The position numbers and the translations under genes were made by a program. A DNA stretch of 25,915 bases from a virus (lineage: Duplodnaviria; Heunggongvirae; Uroviricota; Caudoviricetes). Positions 11,351 to 20,040 of this stretch are shown in pieces. Position 1 is the stretch's first letter. Each line of letters starts with the position of its first letter. The notes under the pieces were generated by a model, which was given only the letters and a program-made list of their open reading frames with translations, was not told where the DNA came from and did not search any database. Where the stretch lies: the IMG/VR virus record IMGVR_UViG_2529292922_000015, one strand, 5' to 3'.

Positions 11351-11821
11351 CTAATAAAACACCCAATTTTCTGTTTCTTGGTTGTGTCCAAAGTTATATT
11401 CAATATCTGGTGTTGATGTATCAATATTCTTCATCCCATCAACAAGAGTTGATACAACAGCCAAATCTTGTTTGATTCTCATCAAATGGTATTTCTTTCG
11501 GCGCAATAAACTTTCAATGGCAAGTTTCTTCGTCGGGAATGCAAAAGATCTTTCTGCATTTTTTGCTACTTTCTTAATTGCATATCTATTTCTCCTTTGT
11601 TTCCATTCCTGTAACCACTGATTTGGTGCTGGTTTAAAATTAACAATCCAATGCGCAGGAACCAACCATGCATAATGCTCTGTCTGATGAAAAGCTATAT
11701 ATTGAAGTGCGAATATTTTGATCCCATCTTCTTCAACTGTCGCCTGGAATCTCCAGAAAACAGGCATTCCATCATGTTCAGTTTCTGATTCAGGAAAAGG
11801 TACGCTCCATGATTTTGTCAT
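11351..11821 (-). CDS. Hypothetical protein (156 aa) immediately downstream of N
   Basis: ATG at 11821 with GAGGTGAGAT RBS; no recognisable motif; occupies the ral/sieB neighbourhood of the lambda map. Confidence 0.6.
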   Translation of the reverse strand: MTKSWSVPFPESETEHDGMPVFWRFQATVEEDGIKIFALQYIAFHQTEHYAWLVPAHWIVNFKPAPNQWLQEWKQRRNRYAIKKVAKNAERSFAFPTKKLAIESLLRRKKYHLMRIKQDLAVVSTLVDGMKNIDTSTPDIEYNFGHNQETENWVFY

Positions 11822-11879
11822 ATCTCACCTCAAATAAGTGGTTTGCTGCCTAATTTCATTTTCTGGCGACCAACACAAG

Positions 11880-12263
11880 TCATCTTGCTGTCAGTTGTTT
11901 GGATTTCCGGTAGCCTGCCGCGTAAATGGCTACGTTTGGAAGACATACACCAGTTTCTGGTTGCTTATGTCCAAACTCATTCGCGTACACAATGGCCGCT
12001 CGCTCCAGATTGCGTCTGTATTCTTTCTGTTGCCAGATCACGTCCTGTGCTATGAACTTAATTGGCTTAGCGTCTTCTATGCGCTCAGGCGTTTCGTGAG
12101 TACCTTTAGCCTGAATCTGCGCTCTGCTTAGAGTAGGGCGGTGTAATACTTCTGAACTTATTGCTTCTTCGCGGGCCAGTACGCCGTTAGCTAATGCCTT
12201 TGCCTTTAAACGCTCACGACGACGAGAACGTGAATTGCCTTTGAACTGAGTTCTGCGTGTCAT
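11880..12263 (-). CDS. N: Antitermination protein N, P22 gp24-like type
   Basis: ATG at 12263 with AGGAGG RBS; Arg-rich N-terminal motif (RRTQFKGNSRSRRRERLKAKALA) and C-terminus …AIYAAGYRKSKQLTAR resembling P22 gene 24 protein rather than lambda N; first gene downstream of OL/pL. Confidence 0.8.
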   Translation of the reverse strand: MTRRTQFKGNSRSRRRERLKAKALANGVLAREEAISSEVLHRPTLSRAQIQAKGTHETPERIEDAKPIKFIAQDVIWQQKEYRRNLERAAIVYANEFGHKQPETGVCLPNVAIYAAGYRKSKQLTAR

Positions 12264-12428
12264 ATAGACCTCCTGATGAACTTTGGTGGTGTGGTCGGTG
12301 GGAGACCCATTTCGACCTGTTTCGGCCTACTTCAATTCGGCAATAGTCCCGCAGGCCTCGCCGCTTTACGTGCGACATATTCCCGTCCATGAACCCTTCA
12401 CCACACCCCAAAGTTCACTTTGGTTATT

Positions 12429-12443
12429 GCGCTTTGTCAGCGC
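12429..12443 (-). promoter_or_regulatory. nutL boxB hairpin (GCGCUGACAAAGCGC on the pL transcript)
   Basis: 5-bp stem with 5-nt GACAA loop in the N leader; same loop as the nutR candidate at 14621-14635; no canonical CGCTCTT boxA seen nearby. Confidence 0.6.
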
Positions 12444-12513
12444 CGTAGATTCTTGCTTGAATCGTTGTATATTCACCGCCCTGGTGAGTAGTGCGTCCTG
12501 CTGATGTGTTTAG

Positions 12514-12574
12514 TATCACCGCCAGTGGTATTTGCGTCAACACCGCCAGAGATAATTTATCACCGCAGATGGTT
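12514..12574. promoter_or_regulatory. Lambda left operator OL1-OL2-OL3 with pL
   Basis: Exact lambda operator 17-mers: TATCACCGCCAGTGGTA (12514-12530), CAACACCGCCAGAGATA (12538-12554), TATCACCGCAGATGGTT (12558-12574). Confidence 0.93.
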
Positions 12575-12730
12575 ATCTGTATGTTTTTTATATAGATTTA
12601 TTTTTTTGCAGGGGTGTGTGGCTTGGGAGGTGATCGAGAGATCTGAATTGCGATGTTTAGTGAGTTGTATCTATTAATTTTCAAATAAATACAATTGGTT
12701 ATGTGTTATTGGGTGAAGGGGATCGTGAGG

Positions 12731-12759
12731 TAAAGAAAACCCGGCGCTGAGGCCGGGTT
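12731..12759 (-). terminator. Intrinsic terminator downstream of the cI operon cassette
   Basis: 8-bp GC-rich stem AACCCGGC/GCCGGGTT with 6-nt loop, followed on the minus strand by a T-rich tract; lies just 3' of ORF 12765-13136. Confidence 0.55.
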
Positions 12760-12764
12760 GTGTG

Positions 12765-13136
12765 TTACTTAAGAACGAGTCCGTTTAAGGCATCAAGGAT
12801 TTTGGAAACATAACTTCCAAAAATGTAGGCGCAAAATGCGAACACGAAACTGACAACGACCGCAGATGCCTTGATGGTGATTTTTGCTGAGCTAATGCTT
12901 GTCTCAATACCTGACAGACGAGAATCTACAGATTTTATATCTGACTTTACTTCAGCGAGATCGCGCTTGATGTATTCAACATCAGACTCTAGCTTTGCAA
13001 CTCTAGCCTCAAGCATGTTACCTCCGCCGTTTCCTCCACCATGCCGTGAGTATGCATCATCAGTGGAATAGTGTCCAATTGGGCGAGATATGTTTTGATT
13101 TGGACGAAGCTGAGCAACCTTGTTATCTAAACTCAT
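12765..13136 (-). CDS. Coiled-coil protein with C-terminal transmembrane anchor in the rexB position (123 aa, or 83 aa from internal ATG 13016)
   Basis: ORF overlaps the upstream ORF by 14 nt; internal ATG at 13016 has a strong GGAGGT RBS; predicted coiled coil (LEARVAKLESDVEYIKRDLAEVKSDIKSVDSRLSGIETSI) then hydrophobic helix (ASAVVVSFVFAFCAYIFGSYV); AT-rich; no resemblance to RexB. Confidence 0.6.
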   Translation of the reverse strand: MSLDNKVAQLRPNQNISRPIGHYSTDDAYSRHGGGNGGGNMLEARVAKLESDVEYIKRDLAEVKSDIKSVDSRLSGIETSISSAKITIKASAVVVSFVFAFCAYIFGSYVSKILDALNGLVLK

Positions 13137-13560
13137 CGCGAACTGATCCTGTTATCTTCACGTCAAAAAACGAACTTTTTACATCAATTACTTCGCCTTT
13201 ATCAGGATTAACCAGTGATGCTCTAACTTCGAATATCCCAGGCTTGATAATTTTCACCCTTGGGAAGTTAATTCTCATAGAAGTTGATACGATGGTTTCT
13301 CCATCGTTGGCTTCTGCTACCGTAAAAAACTTATGGTTGGAGTACAGTTTTGTGTCAATTGGTATCGGTATTTCTTGAGCATTGAAAACCTCAATGCCTA
13401 TGGAATATTTTTTTGTAGCCTTAAGGCCGATAAAAAAAGCGCCAAATGATAGATCCACTTCATGGGAGTCTTTATCCATTTCATAGATAAGAACTGGAGT
13501 TACTGGGTTGCCTTCATCCATCGCAATCGGAATGATATAAGAAATACGTTCTTTAATCAT
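13123..13560 (-). CDS. Hypothetical soluble protein (145 aa) in the rexA position
   Basis: ATG at 13560 only 7 nt after the cI stop and without SD (probable translational coupling to cI); AT-rich; no recognisable motif; not RexA-like. Confidence 0.65.
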   Translation of the reverse strand: MIKERISYIIPIAMDEGNPVTPVLIYEMDKDSHEVDLSFGAFFIGLKATKKYSIGIEVFNAQEIPIPIDTKLYSNHKFFTVAEANDGETIVSTSMRINFPRVKIIKPGIFEVRASLVNPDKGEVIDVKSSFFDVKITGSVRDEFR

Positions 13561-13567
13561 TTACGTG

Positions 13568-14284
<717 letters not shown>

Positions 14285-14291
14285 TTAAATC

Positions 14292-14355
14292 TATCACCGC
14301 AAGGGATAAATATCTAACACCGTGCGTGTTGACTATTTTACCTCTGGCGGTGATA
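14292..14355. promoter_or_regulatory. Lambda right operator OR3-OR2-OR1 with PRM/PR
   Basis: Exact lambda operator 17-mers: TATCACCGCAAGGGATA (14292-14308), TAACACCGTGCGTGTTG (14315-14331), TACCTCTGGCGGTGATA (14339-14355); followed by AAGGAGGTTGT ATG of cro. Confidence 0.93.
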
Positions 14356-14372
14356 ATGGTTGCATGTACTAA

Positions 14373-14582
<210 letters not shown>

Positions 14583-14620
14583 GTAACACCGCTATTTTCA
14601 CAATGGACATTCGTCCTACG

Positions 14621-14635
14621 TCGCTGACAAAGCGA
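14621..14635 (+). promoter_or_regulatory. nutR boxB candidate (UCGCUGACAAAGCGA) with boxA-like CGCTATTTT at 14590-14598
   Basis: 5-bp stem with 5-nt GACAA loop just downstream of cro; same loop sequence as the nutL hairpin. Confidence 0.55.
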
Positions 14636-14720
14636 GTCCCAATATATCTGACCAACTAAGGCCATATGCGTTTCCACGCATACCTTTCAACTAACTATTC
14701 ACTATTGGAAATATTAAGAA

Positions 14721-15020
14721 ATGACACAAGCAAGTTACAGCAAGCCAACACAGCGAGAAATTGATCGCGCAGAAACTGATTTACTCATCAACCTGTCAAC
14801 GCTTACCCAGCGCGGTCTGGCAAAGATGATTGGCTGTCATGAATCGAAGATAAGCAGAACGGACTGGAGATTTATTGCTTCGGTCTTGTGTGCTTTCGGA
14901 ATGGCATCAGACATAAGTCCGATTAGCAGGGCTTTTAAGTATGCGCTTGATGGACTCACCAATAAAAAACGCCCGGTGTGCAAGACCGAGCGTTCTGATC
15001 AAATACAAATGGAATTTTAA
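14721..15020 (+). CDS. cII: CII-family transcriptional activator
   Basis: 99-aa ORF downstream of cro/nutR; C-terminus …LTNKKRPVCKTERSDQIQMEF closely matches lambda CII C-terminus; N-terminal part divergent. Confidence 0.75.
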   Translation: MTQASYSKPTQREIDRAETDLLINLSTLTQRGLAKMIGCHESKISRTDWRFIASVLCAFGMASDISPISRAFKYALDGLTNKKRPVCKTERSDQIQMEF

Positions 15021-15042
15021 TAACATCCAACGAGGTAATTAT

Positions 15043-15186
15043 ATGCGAAAAACGCAGGAAAATAAACGCGTTAATCACCGAAAAGATGTGCTACGTGACC
15101 AGTTTTATCAGGGGGTTAATCCAGCAATAGCTGTGCCACTGAGAGAAATACTTAACAGGTACAAAACTTCGGAGAAGTCAAAATGA
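15043..15186 (+). CDS. Small basic hypothetical protein (47 aa)
   Basis: ATG at 15043 with GAGG upstream; stop overlaps the start of the replication gene (ATGA); longer 81-codon form overlaps cII. Confidence 0.4.
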   Translation: MRKTQENKRVNHRKDVLRDQFYQGVNPAIAVPLREILNRYKTSEKSK

Positions 15187-15981
15187 GCATGAATCTTATG
15201 GCTAAGGCCATGAATATAAAGGTTGGCAACCCACTGAGAAAACTGGTTCTGATTAAACTTGCCGATAACGCCAATGATAATGGCGAATGCTGGCCTTCAT
15301 ATCAACATGTCGCTGACCAGTGTGAGGTGAGCAGATCGACAGTAAAAAGTCACATTAGGGCGCTGGAAGAGATGGGGCTTTTGAAAAGGGAATTCAGAAG
15401 AAAAGGAGAGCTTAACCAGTCAAACGTTTTTTTATCTGACGCTGGATAATGCACAACAAATACAACCAGAATCAGGTGGGGCAGGAGCTGCCCGGGGTGG
15501 GGCAGGAGCTGCCCGGGGTGGGGCAGGAGCTGACCTAGGGGGTGGGGCAGGAGCTGCCCCCAGAACCTATCACTCTTTTGAACCAGTCAATGAACCTAAA
15601 AACATTATGTTCGAACATGTCCGAACAGAGTGTGAAAAAACTCCTGACCGTCACGAAGAAACCGACAAGGCATTCGAGGAAATATTCTGGTGTGCAGGCA
15701 TGCGGAAAGCCGGGAAGAAAAACGCAGCTTCGGCATTCAGAACACAGTTCAGGGAATGGCGTAAAACTACCAGGGGTACGGCAAGCGAGTTTGCCACGAT
15801 GCTGGCAGAAGACATCGCATGCAGGAATGGTAAGCAGTTCGGATTCGACAGGTTGTTACCATCGAGCTACCTGAACGGTCAGCGCTGGAACGACGAAAAG
15901 CCAGAAACCATTCAACCACAATCCAAACCATCATCCGCAATCACCGTATCGAAAACTGGCTACGTGTTTTTCGACAGGTGA
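15183..15981 (+). pseudogene. O-like replication initiator, apparently split by a +1 frameshift (N-terminal wHTH part 15183-15449; C-terminal part readable from 15415 to 15981)
   Basis: Frame 0 ORF ends TAA at 15447-15449; frame +1 is open from 15415 through the iterons into ORF 15607-15981 with no ATG before 15607; the two frames overlap at a T7 homopolymer (15427-15433); removing one T gives a continuous ~266-aa protein with a Gly/Ala linker encoded by the iterons. Confidence 0.55.
15475..15560. repeat. Four ~21-bp iterons (GGTGGGGCAGGAGCTGCCC, each with internal dyad GGGCAG..CTGCCC), putative phage origin
   Basis: Direct repeats at 15475-15495, 15496-15516, 15517-15537, 15541-15560 inside the replication initiator gene, followed by an AT-richer stretch, as for lambda ori within O. 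Confidence 0.8.
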
Positions 15982-15984
15982 ACC

Positions 15985-16092
15985 ATGAAATCAAAAATCA
16001 AATCGCTACTGGTCGCTGGTTATAACCACGGCTGGTTAAGTATTTCGTTTGTCGATTTCTGGTTTAAAAATCTCAATCTGAGGGAATCATGA
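15985..16092 (+). CDS. Small ORF (35 aa) translationally coupled to the primase-helicase
   Basis: ATG at 15985 with AGGTGA RBS; stop TGA overlaps the primase-helicase ATG (ATGA); no homology recognised. Confidence 0.3.
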   Translation: MKSKIKSLLVAGYNHGWLSISFVDFWFKNLNLRES

Positions 16093-17969
16093 CGCCAAGT
16101 GAACTTAGCGACCTGCTTTGGGCGCAGGTTGACAGGGTGGCTCCGCACCTGTTGCCAAACGGCAAGAAAGAGGGGCATGAGTGGGTTGCCGGTAACGTCA
16201 ACGGTGACAAGGGAAACAGCCTTAAGGTCAACCTTAGCGGCAAGAAAAAATGGGCTGATTTCGCTGAGGGAGACGGCGGTGACATGCTTGATTTGTGGAT
16301 GGCATGTCGAGGAATTAACCTGCATCAGGCTATGCAGGAAGCGAAAGCATTTCTCGGTATCAAGGATGACGATCACCATTTCGATGCCAAACGTGAGAAG
16401 AAATTCTCCAGACCTGATCGCAAGAAAATCGCCCGCTACGTTACCAGAACAGAATCCCATCTTGAGTACCTGCAATCGCGTGGCATATCGCCAGAAGTCG
16501 TAAAGCGCTACGAGGTTGTCAGCGGCAAGGTGTGGAATGGAGAACGAGAACTTGATGCACTGGTGCTTCCGTACAAACGCGATGGTGAGTTGTTGCAGGT
16601 CAAGCGAATCAGCACTGAGCGACCGGACGGGAAGAAAGTCATTATGGCAGAAGGTGATTGCGAACCTTGTCTGTTCGGATGGCAGGCTCTGGACGCTGGC
16701 GTGAGGGCGGTTGTACTTTGCGAAGGCGAAATTGATTGTATGAGCTATGCGCAATACGGCATCTCGGCGTTATCCGTGCCGTTTGGTGGCGGGAAAGGCG
16801 CTAAGCAGCAGTGGATTGAGTTTGAGTATCACAACCTCGACAGGTTTGAGGAAATATTCATCTCGATGGACGTTGATGATGTTGGTCGTGAAGCCGCAAG
16901 GGAAATCGCAAGCCGACTCGGTGAACATCGTTGCCGTCTTGTTACTCTGCCGTACAAAGACATCAACGAATGCCTGATGAACGGTGTTACCGAGGATGAA
17001 ATCTGGCAGTACATCGGCACGGCATCCTACTTCGATCCCGAAGAACTCTACAGCGCGCGAGAGTTTTACCAGGACACTATCAACGCTTTCTACGGCAAGC
17101 AGCAGTATCTGTTTAATCCACCGTGGGAATCTCTGGCAGATAAATTCCAGTTCCGTGAGGCCGAGTTGACGCTGGTCAATGGTGTGAACGGTCACGGAAA
17201 AACGGAGGTTGTCGGGCATATGGCACTTGAGGCAATGCGTCAGGGTGTGAAGACGTGCATCGCGTCACTTGAGCTGAAGCCAGGCATTCTCCTTAAGCGA
17301 CTTACCCGTCAGGCGACGTGCTGCAAGATGCCGCCAGTGCTGGAAATTGACTCTGCATTTAAATTTTATGACGAAAGACTTTGGGTGTTTGGCCTGACCG
17401 GAACGGCGAAAGCCGACAGGCTGATCGAAATATTCGACTACGCTCGCCGCCGATACGGCATCCAGTTATTCATCATCGACAGCCTGATGAAATGTGGCAT
17501 AGGCGACGATGACTATAACGGGCAGAAGGCGTTTGTTGACTCGATTTGCGACTTCAAAAACAAAACAAACTCCCACGTCATTCTCGTTACTCACTCGCGA
17601 AAAGGAGACAGCGAAGAAAAACCAACCGGGAAAATGGACGTAAAAGGCTCTGGAGCGATAACAGACCTGACAGACAACCTTTTCATCATCTGGCGTAACA
17701 AGGCTCGCGAGAGAGCGTTACAGAGAGTTCAGAGTGGTGAAAAGATGTCAGAGAAGGACGAACAGCTACTGGCATCTCCGGCATCTGTTTTGATGCTTGA
17801 AAAACAACGTAACGGCGAAGGTTGGGAAGGTGGTGTCCCGTTGTTCCTTGACGAGCAATCGCACCAGTTCCTGCAACTTGAATCGGGATCGCCATATAGC
17901 TACATCGCCAATATGCCGAAATCGGAATATGACGAGTCGTGGCGACAGGAAAACGTGACGGAGTATTAA
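16089..17969 (+). CDS. Bifunctional primase-helicase (TOPRIM primase domain fused to DnaB/RecA-like helicase)
   Basis: 626-aa ORF with GAGGGAA RBS; central acidic TOPRIM-like segment (…VVLCEGEIDCMSY…ISMDVDDVGREAA…) and C-terminal Walker A GVNGHGKT and Walker B FIIDSL motifs. Confidence 0.85.
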   Translation: MTPSELSDLLWAQVDRVAPHLLPNGKKEGHEWVAGNVNGDKGNSLKVNLSGKKKWADFAEGDGGDMLDLWMACRGINLHQAMQEAKAFLGIKDDDHHFDAKREKKFSRPDRKKIARYVTRTESHLEYLQSRGISPEVVKRYEVVSGKVWNGERELDALVLPYKRDGELLQVKRISTERPDGKKVIMAEGDCEPCLFGWQALDAGVRAVVLCEGEIDCMSYAQYGISALSVPFGGGKGAKQQWIEFEYHNLDRFEEIFISMDVDDVGREAAREIASRLGEHRCRLVTLPYKDINECLMNGVTEDEIWQYIGTASYFDPEELYSAREFYQDTINAFYGKQQYLFNPPWESLADKFQFREAELTLVNGVNGHGKTEVVGHMALEAMRQGVKTCIASLELKPGILLKRLTRQATCCKMPPVLEIDSAFKFYDERLWVFGLTGTAKADRLIEIFDYARRRYGIQLFIIDSLMKCGIGDDDYNGQKAFVDSICDFKNKTNSHVILVTHSRKGDSEEKPTGKMDVKGSGAITDLTDNLFIIWRNKARERALQRVQSGEKMSEKDEQLLASPASVLMLEKQRNGEGWEGGVPLFLDEQSHQFLQLESGSPYSYIANMPKSEYDESWRQENVTEY

Positions 17970-17998
17970 ATGACCATCTACATCACTGAGCTAATAAC

Positions 17999-18030
17999 AG
18001 GCCTGCTGGTAATCGCAGGCCTTTTTATTT
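17999..18030 (+). terminator. Intrinsic terminator (tR2-like) between replication genes and nin region
   Basis: 8-bp stem AGGCCTGC/GCAGGCCT with 8-nt loop followed by TTTTTATTT. Confidence 0.7.
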
Positions 18031-18046
18031 GGGGGAGAGGGAAGTC

Positions 18047-18487
18047 ATGAAAAAACTAACCTTTGAAATTCGATCTCCAGCACATCAGCAGAACGCTATT
18101 CACGCAGTACAGCAAATCCTTCCAGACCCAACCAAACCAATCGTAGTAACCATTCAGGAACGCAACCGCAGCTTAGACCAGAATCGAAAGCTTTGGGCTT
18201 GCCTTGGTGACGTTTCGCGTCAGATTGAATGGCATGGTCGCTGGCTGGATGCAGAAAGCTGGAAGTGTGTGTTTACCGCAGCATTAAAGCAGCAGGACGT
18301 TGTTCCTAACCTTGCCGGGAATGGCTTTGTGGTAATAGGCCAGTCAACCAGCAGGATGCGTGTAAGCGAATTTGCGGAGCTATTAGAGCTTATACAGGCA
18401 TTCGGTACAGAGCGTGGCGTTAAGTGGTCAGACGAAGCGCGACTAGCTCTCGAATGGAAAGCGCGATGGGGAGACAGGGCGGCATGA
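18047..18487 (+). CDS. ninB: NinB (Orf family recombination mediator)
   Basis: 146-aa [34 protein letters not shown]… recognised as lambda NinB; GGGGGAGAGGGAAG RBS. Confidence 0.93.
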   Translation: MKKLTFEIRSPAHQQNAIHAVQQILPDPTKPIVVTIQERNRSLDQNRKLWACLGDVSRQIEWHGRWLDAESWKCVFTAALKQQDVVPNLAGNGFVVIGQSTSRMRVSEFAELLELIQAFGTERGVKWSDEARLALEWKARWGDRAA

Positions 18488-18666
18488 GACGACAGCGACG
18501 AAGTATCACCGACATCATCTGCGAAAACTGCAAATACCTTCCAACGAAGCGCTCCAGAAATAAACGCAAGCCAATCCCAAAAGAATCTGACGTAAAAACC
18601 TTCAACTACACGGCTCATCTGTGGGATATCCGGTGGCTTAGAGAACGTGCGAGGAAAACAAGGTGA
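18484..18666 (+). CDS. ninE: NinE-like protein (60 aa)
   Basis: [52 protein letters not shown]… recognised as a lambda nin-region small protein (NinE by length; NinD not excluded); ATGA overlap with ninB; ninC absent. Confidence 0.7.
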   Translation: MRRQRRSITDIICENCKYLPTKRSRNKRKPIPKESDVKTFNYTAHLWDIRWLRERARKTR

Positions 18667-18842
18667 TTGACCAAAATCGAAGTTACGAACAAGGAAGTGT
18701 CGAGCGAGCTTTAACGTGCGCTAACTGCGGTCAGAAGCTGCATGTGCTGGAAGTTCACGTGTGTGAGCGTTGTATATATGAATGCTTAAATATGGTGGAA
18801 CATAATGAGAAATATAAGCAACATAGACGAATTAAGAAATAA
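18663..18842 (+). pseudogene. ninF: ninF, 5' portion, interrupted after codon ~36 by an inserted HNH endonuclease gene
   Basis: GTG start overlapping ninE stop; [37 protein letters not shown] matches lambda NinF N-terminus, then diverges into AT-rich sequence and stops at 18840-18842. Confidence 0.7.
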
Positions 18843-19311
18843 ATTATCATATGATGATGTTTTAGGTGTACTTAGATGGAAAGTGTCTCCTTCTAATAAT
18901 GCTAAGGTTGGCAGTGTTGCTGGTTACATTAGGAGTGATGGTTATAGGATGTTAACTATCGATGGTGTAATTACTTATGCTCACCACGTTATATGGATGA
19001 TAAATAATGGTGAGATTCCATTAGGGTATAAAATTGATCATATAAATGGAGTAAGGTCAGATAATAGGCTATCTAATCTTCGATTGGTTACACACCAACA
19101 GAATGCACAGAACCAAAAGAGAAAAATAACCAATTCGTCAGGAGTGACTGGAGTGTATTTCAATAAAGAGAGATGCAAGTGGATTGCGAATATATGCGTA
19201 GATGGGCGCACCAAATATCTTGGAATATTTGCTAGCATCATTGACGCTATTGCAGAAAGGAAGAGGGCAGAAAAAGAACTGGGTTTTCATGAAAACCATG
19301 GCAGACCATAA
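18805..19311 (+). CDS. HNH homing-type endonuclease (HNH plus AP2-like DNA-binding domain), inserted in ninF
   Basis: 168-aa ORF in an AT-rich ~540-bp block; HNH-like motif (…YAHHVIWMINNGEIPLGYKIDHINGVRSDNRLSNLRLVTHQQN…) then AP2-like segment (SGVTGVYFNKERCKWIANICVDGRTKYLG). Confidence 0.85.
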   Translation: MRNISNIDELRNKLSYDDVLGVLRWKVSPSNNAKVGSVAGYIRSDGYRMLTIDGVITYAHHVIWMINNGEIPLGYKIDHINGVRSDNRLSNLRLVTHQQNAQNQKRKITNSSGVTGVYFNKERCKWIANICVDGRTKYLGIFASIIDAIAERKRAEKELGFHENHGRP

Positions 19312-19312
19312 C

Positions 19313-19375
19313 TGCGCAGAACTGATGAGCGATCCGAATAGCTCAATGTACGAGGAAGAAGACGATGGTGATTAG
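19313..19375 (+). pseudogene. ninF: ninF, 3' remnant
   Basis: Encodes CAELMSDPNSSMYEEEDDGD*, matching the lambda NinF C-terminus; begins 1 nt after the HNH stop. Confidence 0.7.
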
Positions 19376-19757
19376 CCGATACGGAAAAATAACGTTTAAA
19401 CATTTTCAAGACAATCCAACATGGGCGGCTGCGGCTGGATATGACTTTAATTATTTTGATTGTCTGTCAGTCGCATGTATTGCAACTACCAATGTTGCTA
19501 ACAACATAATCGATGAATTCTTGGATTTTCCAGACTATCAGGTCAGAGAGTTGCCTGCATTTTTTGTGAAAGTATCTGTTGCTACAGCTCTGTTATTTAT
19601 TTTGTTATTCGCATATCCATTGCTTGCCGTATTTGTTTATGTGAGATGCAAGCACTCACAAAATGAATACAGCGGAGAGCATACCGATATTACCAGCCAA
19701 AATATGCGAGTGTGGTTGAGGAGATGCCAAGAGAAATGGGGGAGAAGTCATGGCTAA
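19365..19757 (+). CDS. Hypothetical membrane protein (130 aa) in the ninG position
   Basis: ATG inside the ninF remnant with GAGGAAGAAG upstream; hydrophobic segment LPAFFVKVSVATALLFILLFAYPLLAVFVYV; AT-rich; not NinG-like. Confidence 0.5.
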   Translation: MVISRYGKITFKHFQDNPTWAAAAGYDFNYFDCLSVACIATTNVANNIIDEFLDFPDYQVRELPAFFVKVSVATALLFILLFAYPLLAVFVYVRCKHSQNEYSGEHTDITSQNMRVWLRRCQEKWGRSHG

Positions 19758-20040
19758 CCTACGCAAAGAAGCGCGCGGAAGAGAATGCCAGGTACGTATT
19801 TACGGCATATGCAATGGAAATCCTGAAACTACAGTTCTGGCACATTACCGGATGGCTGGAATTTGCGGAACGGGAATGAAACCTGACGACCTGATCGGCG
19901 CATGGGCTTGTAGTGACTGCCACGCGGAGATCGACCGACGCACAAGGATTCTCGACAACAAAGACGCCAGACTTTACCACCTCGAAGGCGTGATCAGGAC
20001 GCAGGCGATACTGCTGAAGGAGGGGAAGATTAAGTCATGA
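19750..20040 (+). CDS. YbcO-like Cys-rich putative nuclease (DUF1364-type)
   Basis: 96-aa ORF with GGGAGAAG RBS; Cys/His-rich (…CQVRIYGICNGNPETTVLAHY…CGTGMKPDDLIGAWACSDCHAEID…); position upstream of rusA as in DLP12 (ybcO-rusA). Confidence 0.6.
   Translation: MANLRKEARGRECQVRIYGICNGNPETTVLAHYRMAGICGTGMKPDDLIGAWACSDCHAEIDRRTRILDNKDARLYHLEGVIRTQAILLKEGKIKS

Noticed and set aside
12765..13560. Possibility that the two ORFs after cI are divergent rexA/rexB
   Set aside because: Sizes (145 and ~83-123 aa versus 279 and 144 aa), single predicted TM versus four in RexB, and no recognisable sequence similarity; kept as a separate finding
15475..15560. Tandem direct repeats as a possible CRISPR array
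   Set aside because: Only four 21-bp units with no unique spacers, located inside a replication initiator gene; these are origin iterons
16020..17219. Long minus-strand ORFs (244 aa at 16020-16754, 149 aa at 16770-17219) inside the primase-helicase gene
   Set aside because: Antisense to a well-supported 626-aa gene with clear TOPRIM and Walker motifs; no RBS, proline/serine-rich junk-like translations
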